In this document: positions 45,673-54,090 of the stretch, piece by piece
Layout of the letters: every line of letters begins with the position of its first letter
Position numbering within the stretch: the stretch's first letter is position 1
From: a virus
Lineage: Duplodnaviria; Caudoviricetes
Strand: one strand, 5' to 3'
IMG/VR virus record: IMGVR_UViG_3300005805_000002
Coordinates: 10,190-74,189 of that record
Length of the DNA stretch: 64,000 bases
Notes under the pieces: generated by a model
Told to the model about the DNA's origin: nothing
Database searches by the model: none
Seen by the model: only the letters and a program-made list of their open reading frames with translations
Made by a program: the position numbers and the translations under genes

Positions 45673-45884
45673 ACAGATAGGGGAATGTTGGGGATTGGGC
45701 CGTGAAAGAATGCTTTGTCTCCATAGATTCTGTGGGTGGGGTCGTCTTCTCCCCCGTAATAAAGGACGTCGAAACCAAATCCTCGCTCCCACACCAAGTA
45801 GAATCCGGGTGTGGTCGGTTTTGTTCGGCTCCAGCTTTTTTCTATCTGCATACCCGGCGGGTCTTTTGCTTCAGATGGGGTCAT
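45669..45884 (-). CDS. Hypothetical protein (71 aa)
   Basis: ATGA overlap with the polymerase stop; KPTTPGFYLVW. Confidence 0.55.
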   Translation of the reverse strand: MTPSEAKDPPGMQIEKSWSRTKPTTPGFYLVWERGFGFDVLYYGGEDDPTHRIYGDKAFFHGPIPNIPLSV

Positions 45885-47794
45885 TTTGCGTTTGAGTATT
45901 TGTCTGCGATGGTGGCTTCCGCCTCGACAGGAAGACGTTTCGCCCACGACGGGGATTGGCCCATGATTTTGAGCACGTCTTCTTTGGCGGTGTCTGCTTT
46001 GTGTTTTGGAACTTCCAGCACAAGCTCGTCGTGAACGTGGAAAATTACTTTGTAGCCTGCCTCGGACACGTTGATTAGGCAGTCCCTAAATGCATCTCTG
46101 GCGATACTTTGGCAGAGGTTTTCGATCAGTATCCCTTGGTGAATCCGACTGGTTTGAACCATGCCATTCCGGATGATGTCTGCGACTACTTCGGTGGTTT
46201 TACCGTTTTTCTGGCCTGTGACTTTTCTGTTGCGCGCGTGTTTGTAGACCAGCGTACGACCGCTCGGCAGTTCTAGCTCGATATGCTCAGCTTTGTTCGC
46301 CGAGTATTTGGCTAATTCGCCTAGACGCTTCCACAGAGCAACTAGTTTGGGCCGTCCGCGCCGGAATTGTTGGATAATCTCCCAGCTTCTGAGGAGTTTT
46401 GCCTGCAATACGGCGTCCGCTTCTCTCCACAGCTTGATCCATTCAGCGTTTCCGACCGTTTCGAGGTACTCTTCGTAGTCCTCCTTGGTCTCATCGTGTT
46501 CGGGACCCGACTCTAGAATATCTTCCATGCCCACAGCGCGCAGAAGATCACAAAAACGGTGGTGACCTGCACAGTAACTGGCCCCCAAAACGGACATTTT
46601 TGCGATCTTGTAACGCGGATCGGACTTATCCCATGTCTCATTCTCCCCTAAACCCATCGCTTGCCGCGCGTAAACAATGTACGGAGACACCCCAGCCGCC
46701 ATTTGGGCCAGTTCTTTGTCCTCACCCGCCAAAAATGACGCAACTCGGGGCTCAATTTGGGCCAAGTCGGCCGCGATGATCACGTGACCCGGGGGTGCAA
46801 CCAGCATGTCCCGCATATTGACCCCGTAAAGCTCTTTGGAGCTGAAATTCTGTACATTTACGCCTCCGGCTCCGCTCCAGCGAAGGGTCATTCCGGCTCC
46901 GTAGGTCTTGATTTCGTACCGGAACCTCCCGTCGATGACTCGGACTTGCATGGCCTCAAGTTTTTTCAAAATCGCATTGGCTCTGCGCCAATCTCGCATG
47001 GCGCTAACCCACTTGTACGTGTCTCCGTACTTTTCCATCCACTGGTCACACTCTTCGTCTCCAATAGCTAGAGATTTAGGTGTCGGGATACCCGCTTTGC
47101 GGCACTCTAAGGCCAAAGCCTTGGGGGAAAGCGGGGCTGCGTCGTCGCTAACAACCCACGGAAGCTCTCTGGCAGCGCTCCAGATAACGTGTTTGAGACT
47201 CGCCACGGCCTTATCCATTGCGTCTTGGTCAACGTGGATGCCCTCGGCTGCCCATTCTCTAGCTAGTCTGGAAATTAAGCGCTCTTCGTCAGGCCACCTT
47301 GGCGAAAGTTCGTCCCACAAGCGTAAGGTCAGCCGAGCGTCTTCGAGAGCGTACTCTTTTACCTCTTTTTGAAGATCTTCAGGCATGTCGTTCCATGCCT
47401 TGTCCTTCATTGCTTTGTCCCGGATGTCTTTGTCGACTACTTTACCCCACATAGCAAAAGCTGCGTTTTTCAAACCACGTGGAATGCCGCAATAAGCTGC
47501 TAAATCGGCTGAGTCTTCCGTGACAGCGGGAAGGGGTATTTGCAGTCCCAGCTCCCGCAGACGGCGCATAGCTTCTTCGTCGAAACCTGCGTTGTGGTGA
47601 ATTACCCGGCTGTCTTTTACAAAGCCCCAGTTAAGCGTCTTCGGGCTACCTACGTACTCAAACCCTTCTCCGCAGACGCTGACCAGATAGATTTGGTCCA
47701 GAGACAAACGCTTGAAGTACTGCTTGGAGCCTAGCGTCCGGACACTCAATTCCCCGCCGTATTCTGTCTCAAAGTCTATTGCGTAGGTTTTCAT
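45881..47794 (-). CDS. polA: Family A DNA polymerase with 3'-5' exonuclease
   Basis: Exonuclease IDFET, HNAGFD, YALED; motif A ADLAQIEPR; motif B RYKIAKMSVLGASY; motif C HVHDELV. Confidence 0.92.
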   Translation of the reverse strand: MKTYAIDFETEYGGELSVRTLGSKQYFKRLSLDQIYLVSVCGEGFEYVGSPKTLNWGFVKDSRVIHHNAGFDEEAMRRLRELGLQIPLPAVTEDSADLAAYCGIPRGLKNAAFAMWGKVVDKDIRDKAMKDKAWNDMPEDLQKEVKEYALEDARLTLRLWDELSPRWPDEERLISRLAREWAAEGIHVDQDAMDKAVASLKHVIWSAARELPWVVSDDAAPLSPKALALECRKAGIPTPKSLAIGDEECDQWMEKYGDTYKWVSAMRDWRRANAILKKLEAMQVRVIDGRFRYEIKTYGAGMTLRWSGAGGVNVQNFSSKELYGVNMRDMLVAPPGHVIIAADLAQIEPRVASFLAGEDKELAQMAAGVSPYIVYARQAMGLGENETWDKSDPRYKIAKMSVLGASYCAGHHRFCDLLRAVGMEDILESGPEHDETKEDYEEYLETVGNAEWIKLWREADAVLQAKLLRSWEIIQQFRRGRPKLVALWKRLGELAKYSANKAEHIELELPSGRTLVYKHARNRKVTGQKNGKTTEVVADIIRNGMVQTSRIHQGILIENLCQSIARDAFRDCLINVSEAGYKVIFHVHDELVLEVPKHKADTAKEDVLKIMGQSPSWAKRLPVEAEATIADKYSNAK

Positions 47795-47938
47795 TAAGAA
47801 ATTTGGTGCGCTTCCGGAGTTTCCGACGACTGCGCACAGGTCGCTTGTGGGTGAAATCGGATCAGCCAACTACCACAGGAGCTGACCCTAAAAGACCCTC
47901 GGTTTTTAACGGGCACTTCCGGCTTGCCCGATGTGGCC

Positions 47939-48172
47939 CTATCGGGCCGCAGTAAGTTCTTTGATTTCGGAAGCTCTGAGCGTCTCGAAAGCCGCCCAAA
48001 ACTCATATCCCCCCGGGAGATCTTCCCAGATTTCTGGAAAGTCTTTCGCCGTCATGGCGATTTCCCACAAGTCTTCCGCAGGGACGTTACAACTTTCGGA
48101 GAACTCCCTCAGCCTTGCCTCCGCTTTTAGGCGGAGGAGGCCGAGAGGATCTCTTGTAAGGGACGCCGTCAT
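47939..48172 (-). CDS. Hypothetical protein (77 aa)
   Basis: Packed ORF. Confidence 0.55.
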   Translation of the reverse strand: MTASLTRDPLGLLRLKAEARLREFSESCNVPAEDLWEIAMTAKDFPEIWEDLPGGYEFWAAFETLRASEIKELTAAR

Positions 48173-48426
48173 GCTGCTCGGGCTAAGCTATTCGCTAGGT
48201 CTTCGAGTGTGCCGCCGTGCCCCATCAGCTCTTTGACTGTCACAGTACCGAACACTGCTGCGCGCACCCTCGGGATGACAGGCAGGTCAAGCTGCTCAGT
48301 CGCGATTCGGTGCGCTTGAAATCGCAGCCACTGGAACCGGATATTCGGCCCCTTATCTACGATTTCAAGGCCCGGATAGCGCTTCTGGACTTTCGCGAGC
48401 GTGATGTGGTCTTTCGCCTTTCGCAT
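48169..48426 (-). CDS. Hypothetical protein (85 aa)
   Basis: Start MRKAK, 1 nt after the upstream stop. Confidence 0.55.
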   Translation of the reverse strand: MRKAKDHITLAKVQKRYPGLEIVDKGPNIRFQWLRFQAHRIATEQLDLPVIPRVRAAVFGTVTVKELMGHGGTLEDLANSLARAA

Positions 48427-48427
48427 A

Positions 48428-49180
48428 TTAGGACCCCAGTTTACGGAGGTACTCTGCCAAGGCTTCCGATGTTTTCCCTGCGGGACGCAGACGCGGCAAA
48501 AGCCACGAGTTGCCATTACGAGTTTCCTTAGTTGCGTACATGTCCCACCACTGCATTACTAGACCTCCACGGGCTTTGCTCAGATTCGTTTGTTTCGCGT
48601 GAGACAACGTTTTTCCTACCGTTCCATGCGTTGTGCGAGCTGCGAAGAACTTGGCGATTGTGCCGGGCCCTTCGGGTCCATCCATCACGAACACGTGAGG
48701 CGCGTCAACTCCTTCGGGTTGCGGAATCCAGAATAACGTTCTGAGCGCTTCTGCGGCTGCACCGGGCGCTTTCCAGTCCTCAAGTTGTAGCCCCGCTTTG
48801 TAGACTTCTTCACTCGTCTTGAAAATGCGGGGGCGTCCTGCGCCGAACGGCAACACTTCTTGGTAAACTTTTTGGATCCACACGGCCACGAGCTTTAGCG
48901 GGTCCTTGTTTACGTTTCCTACCGGAGTCTCTTTGTTCAAAACCCAAGTCCCGATTCCGAGTGTTTCCGCGTTAGCAGAAGTCTTGGTGACGAGGCTTAG
49001 AGAGGGCCAGATGATATCGCGTGCGGAGAACTCTCCCTCGGCGTCTTCATCTTCGATGTATATGGCCGGGCTACGCGTTGCGGCCACGGCTACTGCTTTG
49101 CTGGACGGCTCTTCGACTAGTTCGGCCTCGATTACTTTTGCAGACGCCTTGTCGGCGTCACTGAATGACATGCTACCCAT
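48428..49180 (-). CDS. Putative ssDNA-binding/recombination protein
   Basis: Position between nuclease and polymerase; beta-rich with GNSWLLPRL; inferred from synteny only. Confidence 0.45.
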   Translation of the reverse strand: MGSMSFSDADKASAKVIEAELVEEPSSKAVAVAATRSPAIYIEDEDAEGEFSARDIIWPSLSLVTKTSANAETLGIGTWVLNKETPVGNVNKDPLKLVAVWIQKVYQEVLPFGAGRPRIFKTSEEVYKAGLQLEDWKAPGAAAEALRTLFWIPQPEGVDAPHVFVMDGPEGPGTIAKFFAARTTHGTVGKTLSHAKQTNLSKARGGLVMQWWDMYATKETRNGNSWLLPRLRPAGKTSEALAEYLRKLGS

Positions 49181-49211
49181 ATATGTTTATTCTATGATTT
49201 ATGTTCTATGT

Positions 49212-51677
49212 TTACTTGAGTTCCCGAAGCATATGCACCGGGGCCCCCGAACTGACGGCGTCGTAGTCTGTTAAACGACCCATCAGTTCTTTCTTCGCCG
49301 CAGCTTTGCCGCCTTTCGGGGCTTTAGCTGCGTAGAGATCTTCCAAAGCGGTTATCTGCACATCGCAGGCCGTGATAAAGTCTTCGACATTGACTCGGTC
49401 TTTGACGGCTTCGTAAGCCGCGTGGGGATCCCGGATAACGCGAGTTCCCCGCCGCTCCACGAGTTCTAGACCCGGTATGTCTTCTCCTTCCAAGCGCTTG
49501 GCGAGGGCTGCTTTACGCCACCCGTCAGCCGCTTTTTGTACAAGAGGGGCCAACCGCCACAGGACAGCCAACGTCTCCGGATCCCCAATATCCGAACCGT
49601 GGACTGAGCCCTGCGGCAGTTGAAATTTTTTCCCCTGTTCTATGTACCTGTTTGCGATCTCGACGCCCAACTCGGCCCACTTTCGACAGGACTTGAGACG
49701 GCCGCAATAGGTGCAATGCTTGCCGATCTTAAACGAGTCAGGGTTCGGGTCCTCTGCGCTGCGGATGATTCTGGCTACGGTTGCTGAGAGGCGGTCGTAG
49801 TCGTCGTCCCGCGTGAAAGTCTCGATGTCGATGTGATCTAAGAATGGGTGGAGGACCCATACTTTTATTTCATTGATCTCAGGGAACTTATCCCAAACCC
49901 CGAGCGAGTACGCCCAGAACTGCGCCGTGTCAGCGCCGTAGATGTTTCGCGCAAATTTGAGGTCGACGAGGTCGGCGGTCCCGTCTTTATGTACGAAGAG
50001 GTGATCAAGGTGTCCGTACTGGTCTAGAATTTGCAGTCGGAGTTCTTTGTAGTGCTTGGACTCTGGCTTATAAAAGCGTTGCAGGAACGAGTGGCATGTT
50101 TTCGCCGCAGACGTTAGCTCTAGATCGTTCGGAGCGAGGTCAAAGTCTTCTTTCTCGACCATCTCGTGACCCAAGGTCCCCCGATCCGCTGCCGTAGTGT
50201 CACGATTCGGGTCAGGATCATTGAACCATCCCTCGCACTTCGCTTTGTTTTCCAAAGACGACGGCGAGTGTTTAGAGTGACTGCGCTCGGCATGGGCCGG
50301 AGGCTGTGTGGTAGTGGGAACAGACGTCATATGTATTCGTTTTAAACCCGGCGCAGTATGAGACACGGGATCGTGCGAGTCGTTCAAATTTTTTTCGGAC
50401 ATTTCGAGGTCTCCGTCATTTAGTAAGTCTAGGCGTTTGAGTTTTGATTGAACGCGCATACACACTTTCTCTTCTATGGTACTCGCCGCGAACAAGATAC
50501 GCTGGAGAGACTTTCCCCCGCCTGCTCGATGAACTCGTCCGAGAGCTTGCCGCAAATCGGTAGCCGAGAAAGTCGGACAGATCAAAGCGACGCGGGGACT
50601 CTTTCCGCTTTCATCGTGAAGGCTCAGAGACACTCCGCCCGCTTGAATGTTCACGACAATTATTCGCTCCTTGTTTTTCTGGAACGCTTCGATGCATTGC
50701 TGCCTAACGACGGGGGATTGGTCCCCGTAGATCGCGCAGTCGGTGTCTAGCTTTTCGCAAAGTGCGTCTAGCGTAGCGCGGAAATTCGTGAAGATAGCAA
50801 CCGACTCACCGCTTTCGACGAAGTCCTTGGCGAGCGATACGATACCGGGGACTTTGCACAGCTCGACCCGTTGTCTCGCTCGCAGTTGAATTGTGAGTTG
50901 CTGTGCGGGTTTGTCTGTTGCCTCTGCCTCTTCGAGGGCCGACAGCTCCTTCTCCATTTCTTGGTAGATCGAGTCGATTTGATCTCCGAAGTCCAAAGCC
51001 TCTGCCGAGATTTGTGTCTCGGGAAACTTATCCCCAAGGTCAGCAATGCGGATGCGACTGCCGCGCTTTTTGAAAAACTCGGTATGCAAGGCAGACAGGA
51101 CGTCCGTCCGGCGTTTGTCGAAACTGATACCGAAGCGTCCTTTGTAGCACCCGTTGTGTCTGGCCCATCCCCAGAATGCGTACCAATCCGCTAGTCCAGC
51201 TACATGGCTCGCCGCCCTAAGATCAAGAGGGCTTTCGGCAAGTGTTGCCGAGAGGATCAGATTACGTTGCCCCTTGGAGTCCCGGAGCATTTTAGCATTC
51301 TGTGAGTCTTGCCCCTTGCAGCGGTGCGCTTCGTCCCAGATAAGCAGGGTCTTTTCCGGAAGGGTCCATTCAAACGACCGTTTGCTTTTCCATTGTCCGT
51401 ATCCGGTATTCCCCATGCGCAGTTTCTCATAGTTGACTACGTCTAGCACGGGCACGCCGAACCCGCTCAAGACTCGTTTCCACACGGGTATAGATACCTT
51501 TGGGACAATCGCTAACACCCGCTCGATGCGGTTTTCCGAGTGCAGCGCTTTTGCAGCGAACGAGGCCACGAAAGTTTTGCCCGTTCCCGGGTCGCTTCCA
51601 TCAAACGCGAGCCCGTCCCTTCGGAGAGCGCTCGTTATGATTTCCGCGTGGGGTTTCTGGTAGTCGAGAAGGTTCAA
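49212..51677 (-). CDS. SF2 (SNF2-like) helicase fused in frame to a DUF2800/Cas4-like PD-(D/E)XK nuclease
   Basis: DPGTGKT, WDEAHR, LSAT, QALGRVHR; then HSKHSPSS...C, RGTLGH, GHLD...DLK, CTYC...C. TTG start overlaps the RuvC stop. Confidence 0.8.
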   Translation of the reverse strand: MNLLDYQKPHAEIITSALRRDGLAFDGSDPGTGKTFVASFAAKALHSENRIERVLAIVPKVSIPVWKRVLSGFGVPVLDVVNYEKLRMGNTGYGQWKSKRSFEWTLPEKTLLIWDEAHRCKGQDSQNAKMLRDSKGQRNLILSATLAESPLDLRAASHVAGLADWYAFWGWARHNGCYKGRFGISFDKRRTDVLSALHTEFFKKRGSRIRIADLGDKFPETQISAEALDFGDQIDSIYQEMEKELSALEEAEATDKPAQQLTIQLRARQRVELCKVPGIVSLAKDFVESGESVAIFTNFRATLDALCEKLDTDCAIYGDQSPVVRQQCIEAFQKNKERIIVVNIQAGGVSLSLHDESGKSPRVALICPTFSATDLRQALGRVHRAGGGKSLQRILFAASTIEEKVCMRVQSKLKRLDLLNDGDLEMSEKNLNDSHDPVSHTAPGLKRIHMTSVPTTTQPPAHAERSHSKHSPSSLENKAKCEGWFNDPDPNRDTTAADRGTLGHEMVEKEDFDLAPNDLELTSAAKTCHSFLQRFYKPESKHYKELRLQILDQYGHLDHLFVHKDGTADLVDLKFARNIYGADTAQFWAYSLGVWDKFPEINEIKVWVLHPFLDHIDIETFTRDDDYDRLSATVARIIRSAEDPNPDSFKIGKHCTYCGRLKSCRKWAELGVEIANRYIEQGKKFQLPQGSVHGSDIGDPETLAVLWRLAPLVQKAADGWRKAALAKRLEGEDIPGLELVERRGTRVIRDPHAAYEAVKDRVNVEDFITACDVQITALEDLYAAKAPKGGKAAAKKELMGRLTDYDAVSSGAPVHMLRELK

Positions 51678-52141
51678 AGTTTTTCTGCGAAGTCCAAAAT
51701 GAGTAGGGCGTCTGCCGTCGCTAGCGTCGCGTTGGCCCCGGGAAATTTTCGCTGTGCCAGACTCTTGAGCTTGTTCTTCCACTCCTGCTGGGAGACGCAG
51801 GCTGAAGCCGTGCCGATACCCAGATGTTTTTGCCATTTCTGGGGAGTCACCATTTCCAGAGGAATCTCCAAGGACATTATAACACCGATCAGGAAGCCGT
51901 TGTGCCTTCCAAATTTGAACATGGCGGAACCGGGCTGGGGTCTCCCTATGTAGCCGCCTACTTGTTCTAAGAAAATGACATCACACGAAGTCTTCAACCC
52001 GCGCAACAAGGAGAGGATGTCTCCTTCTGTGTCCGGCATTTTTTGCGCTTGGATCTGGCCCGCTTCGGCTCTCCAAGCAATACCTCCACTAGATCCGGGG
52101 TCGATTGCGACGATTCGTTTTTTGAGTGTGTCTGAAACCAT
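51674..52141 (-). CDS. RuvC-like Holliday junction resolvase
   Basis: IVAIDPG, FLEQV, FKFG, ADALLI. Confidence 0.85.
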   Translation of the reverse strand: MVSDTLKKRIVAIDPGSSGGIAWRAEAGQIQAQKMPDTEGDILSLLRGLKTSCDVIFLEQVGGYIGRPQPGSAMFKFGRHNGFLIGVIMSLEIPLEMVTPQKWQKHLGIGTASACVSQQEWKNKLKSLAQRKFPGANATLATADALLILDFAEKL

Positions 52142-52281
52142 CTCTGCAAGTCTGAGGGCTCCACCCTAACAGTTGCACCGATCTTATAGTGTCTTAAACC
52201 CCTCCGCAACCAGTTAGCCACGGTTCGGGGAGAAACTTTTGCGATTTCAGCCACGTCTTTTGGCGTTAAGTACTTATCCAA
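51994..52281 (-). CDS. Excisionase-like HTH protein
   Basis: YLTPKDVAEIAKVSPRTVANWLRRG...KIGATVRVEPSDL; tail overlaps the RuvC gene. Confidence 0.7.
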   Translation of the reverse strand: MDKYLTPKDVAEIAKVSPRTVANWLRRGLRHYKIGATVRVEPSDLQRWFQTHSKNESSQSTPDLVEVLLGEPKRARSKRKKCRTQKETSSPCCAG

Positions 52282-52284
52282 GGT

Positions 52285-52620
52285 TTACCTCCTTTTTTGG
52301 TTTGCTAGGTATGCATAAACCGCCTTGCGAACGACCGCCGACAAGTCCTGTCGGTTGTCTTTGGCGAAGGCTAGCAGAATGTCTGCTACGTCCGACCATT
52401 CCGCGTAGGACACGCGCTTGATCGGCGCGTCTGGGTCGAGCGGTTTTTCATAGTCGACTGGTTTCCACGTCTTTCGTTTTAGAGCGAGCACAAACTCCTG
52501 TGTTGCTTGCCGTAGTACCGAACTTCGATCAGTTCGGGTTCTATGAGCGAATTTGTTTACTTCGTCGAACACATCGGAGAATTCCGTGTAGGTTATCCGG
52601 CGTTTCGATGGGCTTAGCAT
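52285..52620 (-). CDS. Tandem ribbon-helix-helix regulator
   Basis: Two RHH-like repeats: RRITYTEFSDVFDEV...DRSSVLRQATQEF and KRVSYAEWSDVADIL...DLSAVVRKAVYAY. Confidence 0.65.
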   Translation of the reverse strand: MLSPSKRRITYTEFSDVFDEVNKFAHRTRTDRSSVLRQATQEFVLALKRKTWKPVDYEKPLDPDAPIKRVSYAEWSDVADILLAFAKDNRQDLSAVVRKAVYAYLANQKRR

Positions 52621-52621
52621 G

Positions 52622-53836
52622 TTAGGCATCTTGTGCCTCCTTTCCGTTCAATTTACTTTCTTCTCGGTCTTTTGGTTTTATCTCGAACCACGCTTTAGCT
52701 TGGCTGAGAGGGATAAGTTTGAGATAGCAAGTGAGCAAAGTATCGAGGCTGTGTCCGGAAGTCTTGCATGTACGAGGCGGGTCTTTGTGGACTTCTAAAT
52801 GAGCGCTGACGAAGGTGTGACGCAGGCAGTTGTGCCCCCACTTGACGCCTTGTTTATCGCAGAGTTTTGCAAGGCCCTTGTAAAGGTAGAAGTATTTGTC
52901 TTCAGGATATGTGATCAAATCGTCGTCGTTCCCGCGCAAGTCTTTTACCCACAACTTGAGGTTGTCCGCAACCTCGGCAAGCCGTCTCCTTTTGGTTTTG
53001 GTTTTATCGGAGCCGAGAATGACACAGTCGTCTTTGATGTCCCGCCACCGGAGCCGTTGGATCTCAGCAGACCGGATGCCGGAGAACGCTCCAACAACCA
53101 GAAACGCTTTGATTTTCTTGTCCTCGCACCCTTCCAGCATTTTCGCTAAATCCGACGGGGACAGGGTCGGGGGGTCTGCGGGCTCCGTGCGAGGCGACTC
53201 AGTGCGGTCAGCGGCAGTCGGCCCGTGGGGTAGGAAGCCCTTTCGCTGAGCGAACTTGAAGACACTGCAAATGGTACCCCTGTGGTTCTTCCGTGTCTTA
53301 GGGTGCTCCATAGTAAGGAGGTAGTCATCCAGCGCAGCGACCGTGACCTTTTGGATGGGCCCTGAGAAAGCGGCCTTGAACTTCTTCAGGTGCCCTTTGA
53401 CTGACTTCTTGTGCTTAGCGCTACGCCCGGCAATCGACGTCTCGAAGGCCTCGCATATGTCCGTCACGCTGACTGTCTGATGCTGAGCGTGCTCGCGGTA
53501 GAACTTAGCCAAATCGATAAGGTTCACACCCTGAAGGAGGGCGTCCGCTTGAAGGAATTCTTTGATTCTCTCTTGGTTGATGCTAGCGTGTGACGATGTC
53601 TCCTCATTTACGGCGAGGGCCCCGACGACTTTTTTGGCTTGGTGGAGAGCTTTCTCGGGGTCTGTGGTCTCAAAGCGTTTACGCTCGCTTCCCGAGTACC
53701 ACACGACGGTAAAACGCGGCCTAACACCACCACTTGAATAGACCTTGACCTTACTTTGACCGACCCTTACTGAAACCGAAATACCTTGCTGAATGGCTGA
53801 TTCAATTTTGGATACTTGTGCTTCAAAATTTGTCAT
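52622..53836 (-). CDS. int: Tyrosine integrase
   Basis: GIRSAEI (R), KTK (K), NCLRHTF (HxxR with H replaced by N), GHS, CY (catalytic Tyr). Confidence 0.9.
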   Translation of the reverse strand: MTNFEAQVSKIESAIQQGISVSVRVGQSKVKVYSSGGVRPRFTVVWYSGSERKRFETTDPEKALHQAKKVVGALAVNEETSSHASINQERIKEFLQADALLQGVNLIDLAKFYREHAQHQTVSVTDICEAFETSIAGRSAKHKKSVKGHLKKFKAAFSGPIQKVTVAALDDYLLTMEHPKTRKNHRGTICSVFKFAQRKGFLPHGPTAADRTESPRTEPADPPTLSPSDLAKMLEGCEDKKIKAFLVVGAFSGIRSAEIQRLRWRDIKDDCVILGSDKTKTKRRRLAEVADNLKLWVKDLRGNDDDLITYPEDKYFYLYKGLAKLCDKQGVKWGHNCLRHTFVSAHLEVHKDPPRTCKTSGHSLDTLLTCYLKLIPLSQAKAWFEIKPKDREESKLNGKEAQDA

Positions 53837-53969
53837 ACCTCATCAGACAAGAATACGACAAAAATGTTCATTTGTTTTCATTTCAGTGCATATCTTTGCA
53901 TAAACCCCATGCTGACAGTCAACGACTTACCGCAAAAAATAAGAGGAGGGTTTAAGAATGGGTAGCAGT

Positions 53970-53989
53970 TTCAAATCCCGCCCCCGCAA
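53970..53989 (+). mobile_element. attP core: copy of an initiator tRNA-Met 3' end
   Basis: TTCAAATCCCGCCCCCGCAA resembles T-loop to discriminator of bacterial tRNA-fMet; ~130 bp upstream of int; no 5' tRNA half present. Confidence 0.7.
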
Positions 53990-54090
53990 TTTTTTATTTT
54001 TTGGTTATCTCGCTGATAACCAACGGATTACGAGTAAGAAATCGTGTGTAATCCGTCGCACCCGACAACATCCGACAAACTCGTCGCGCT

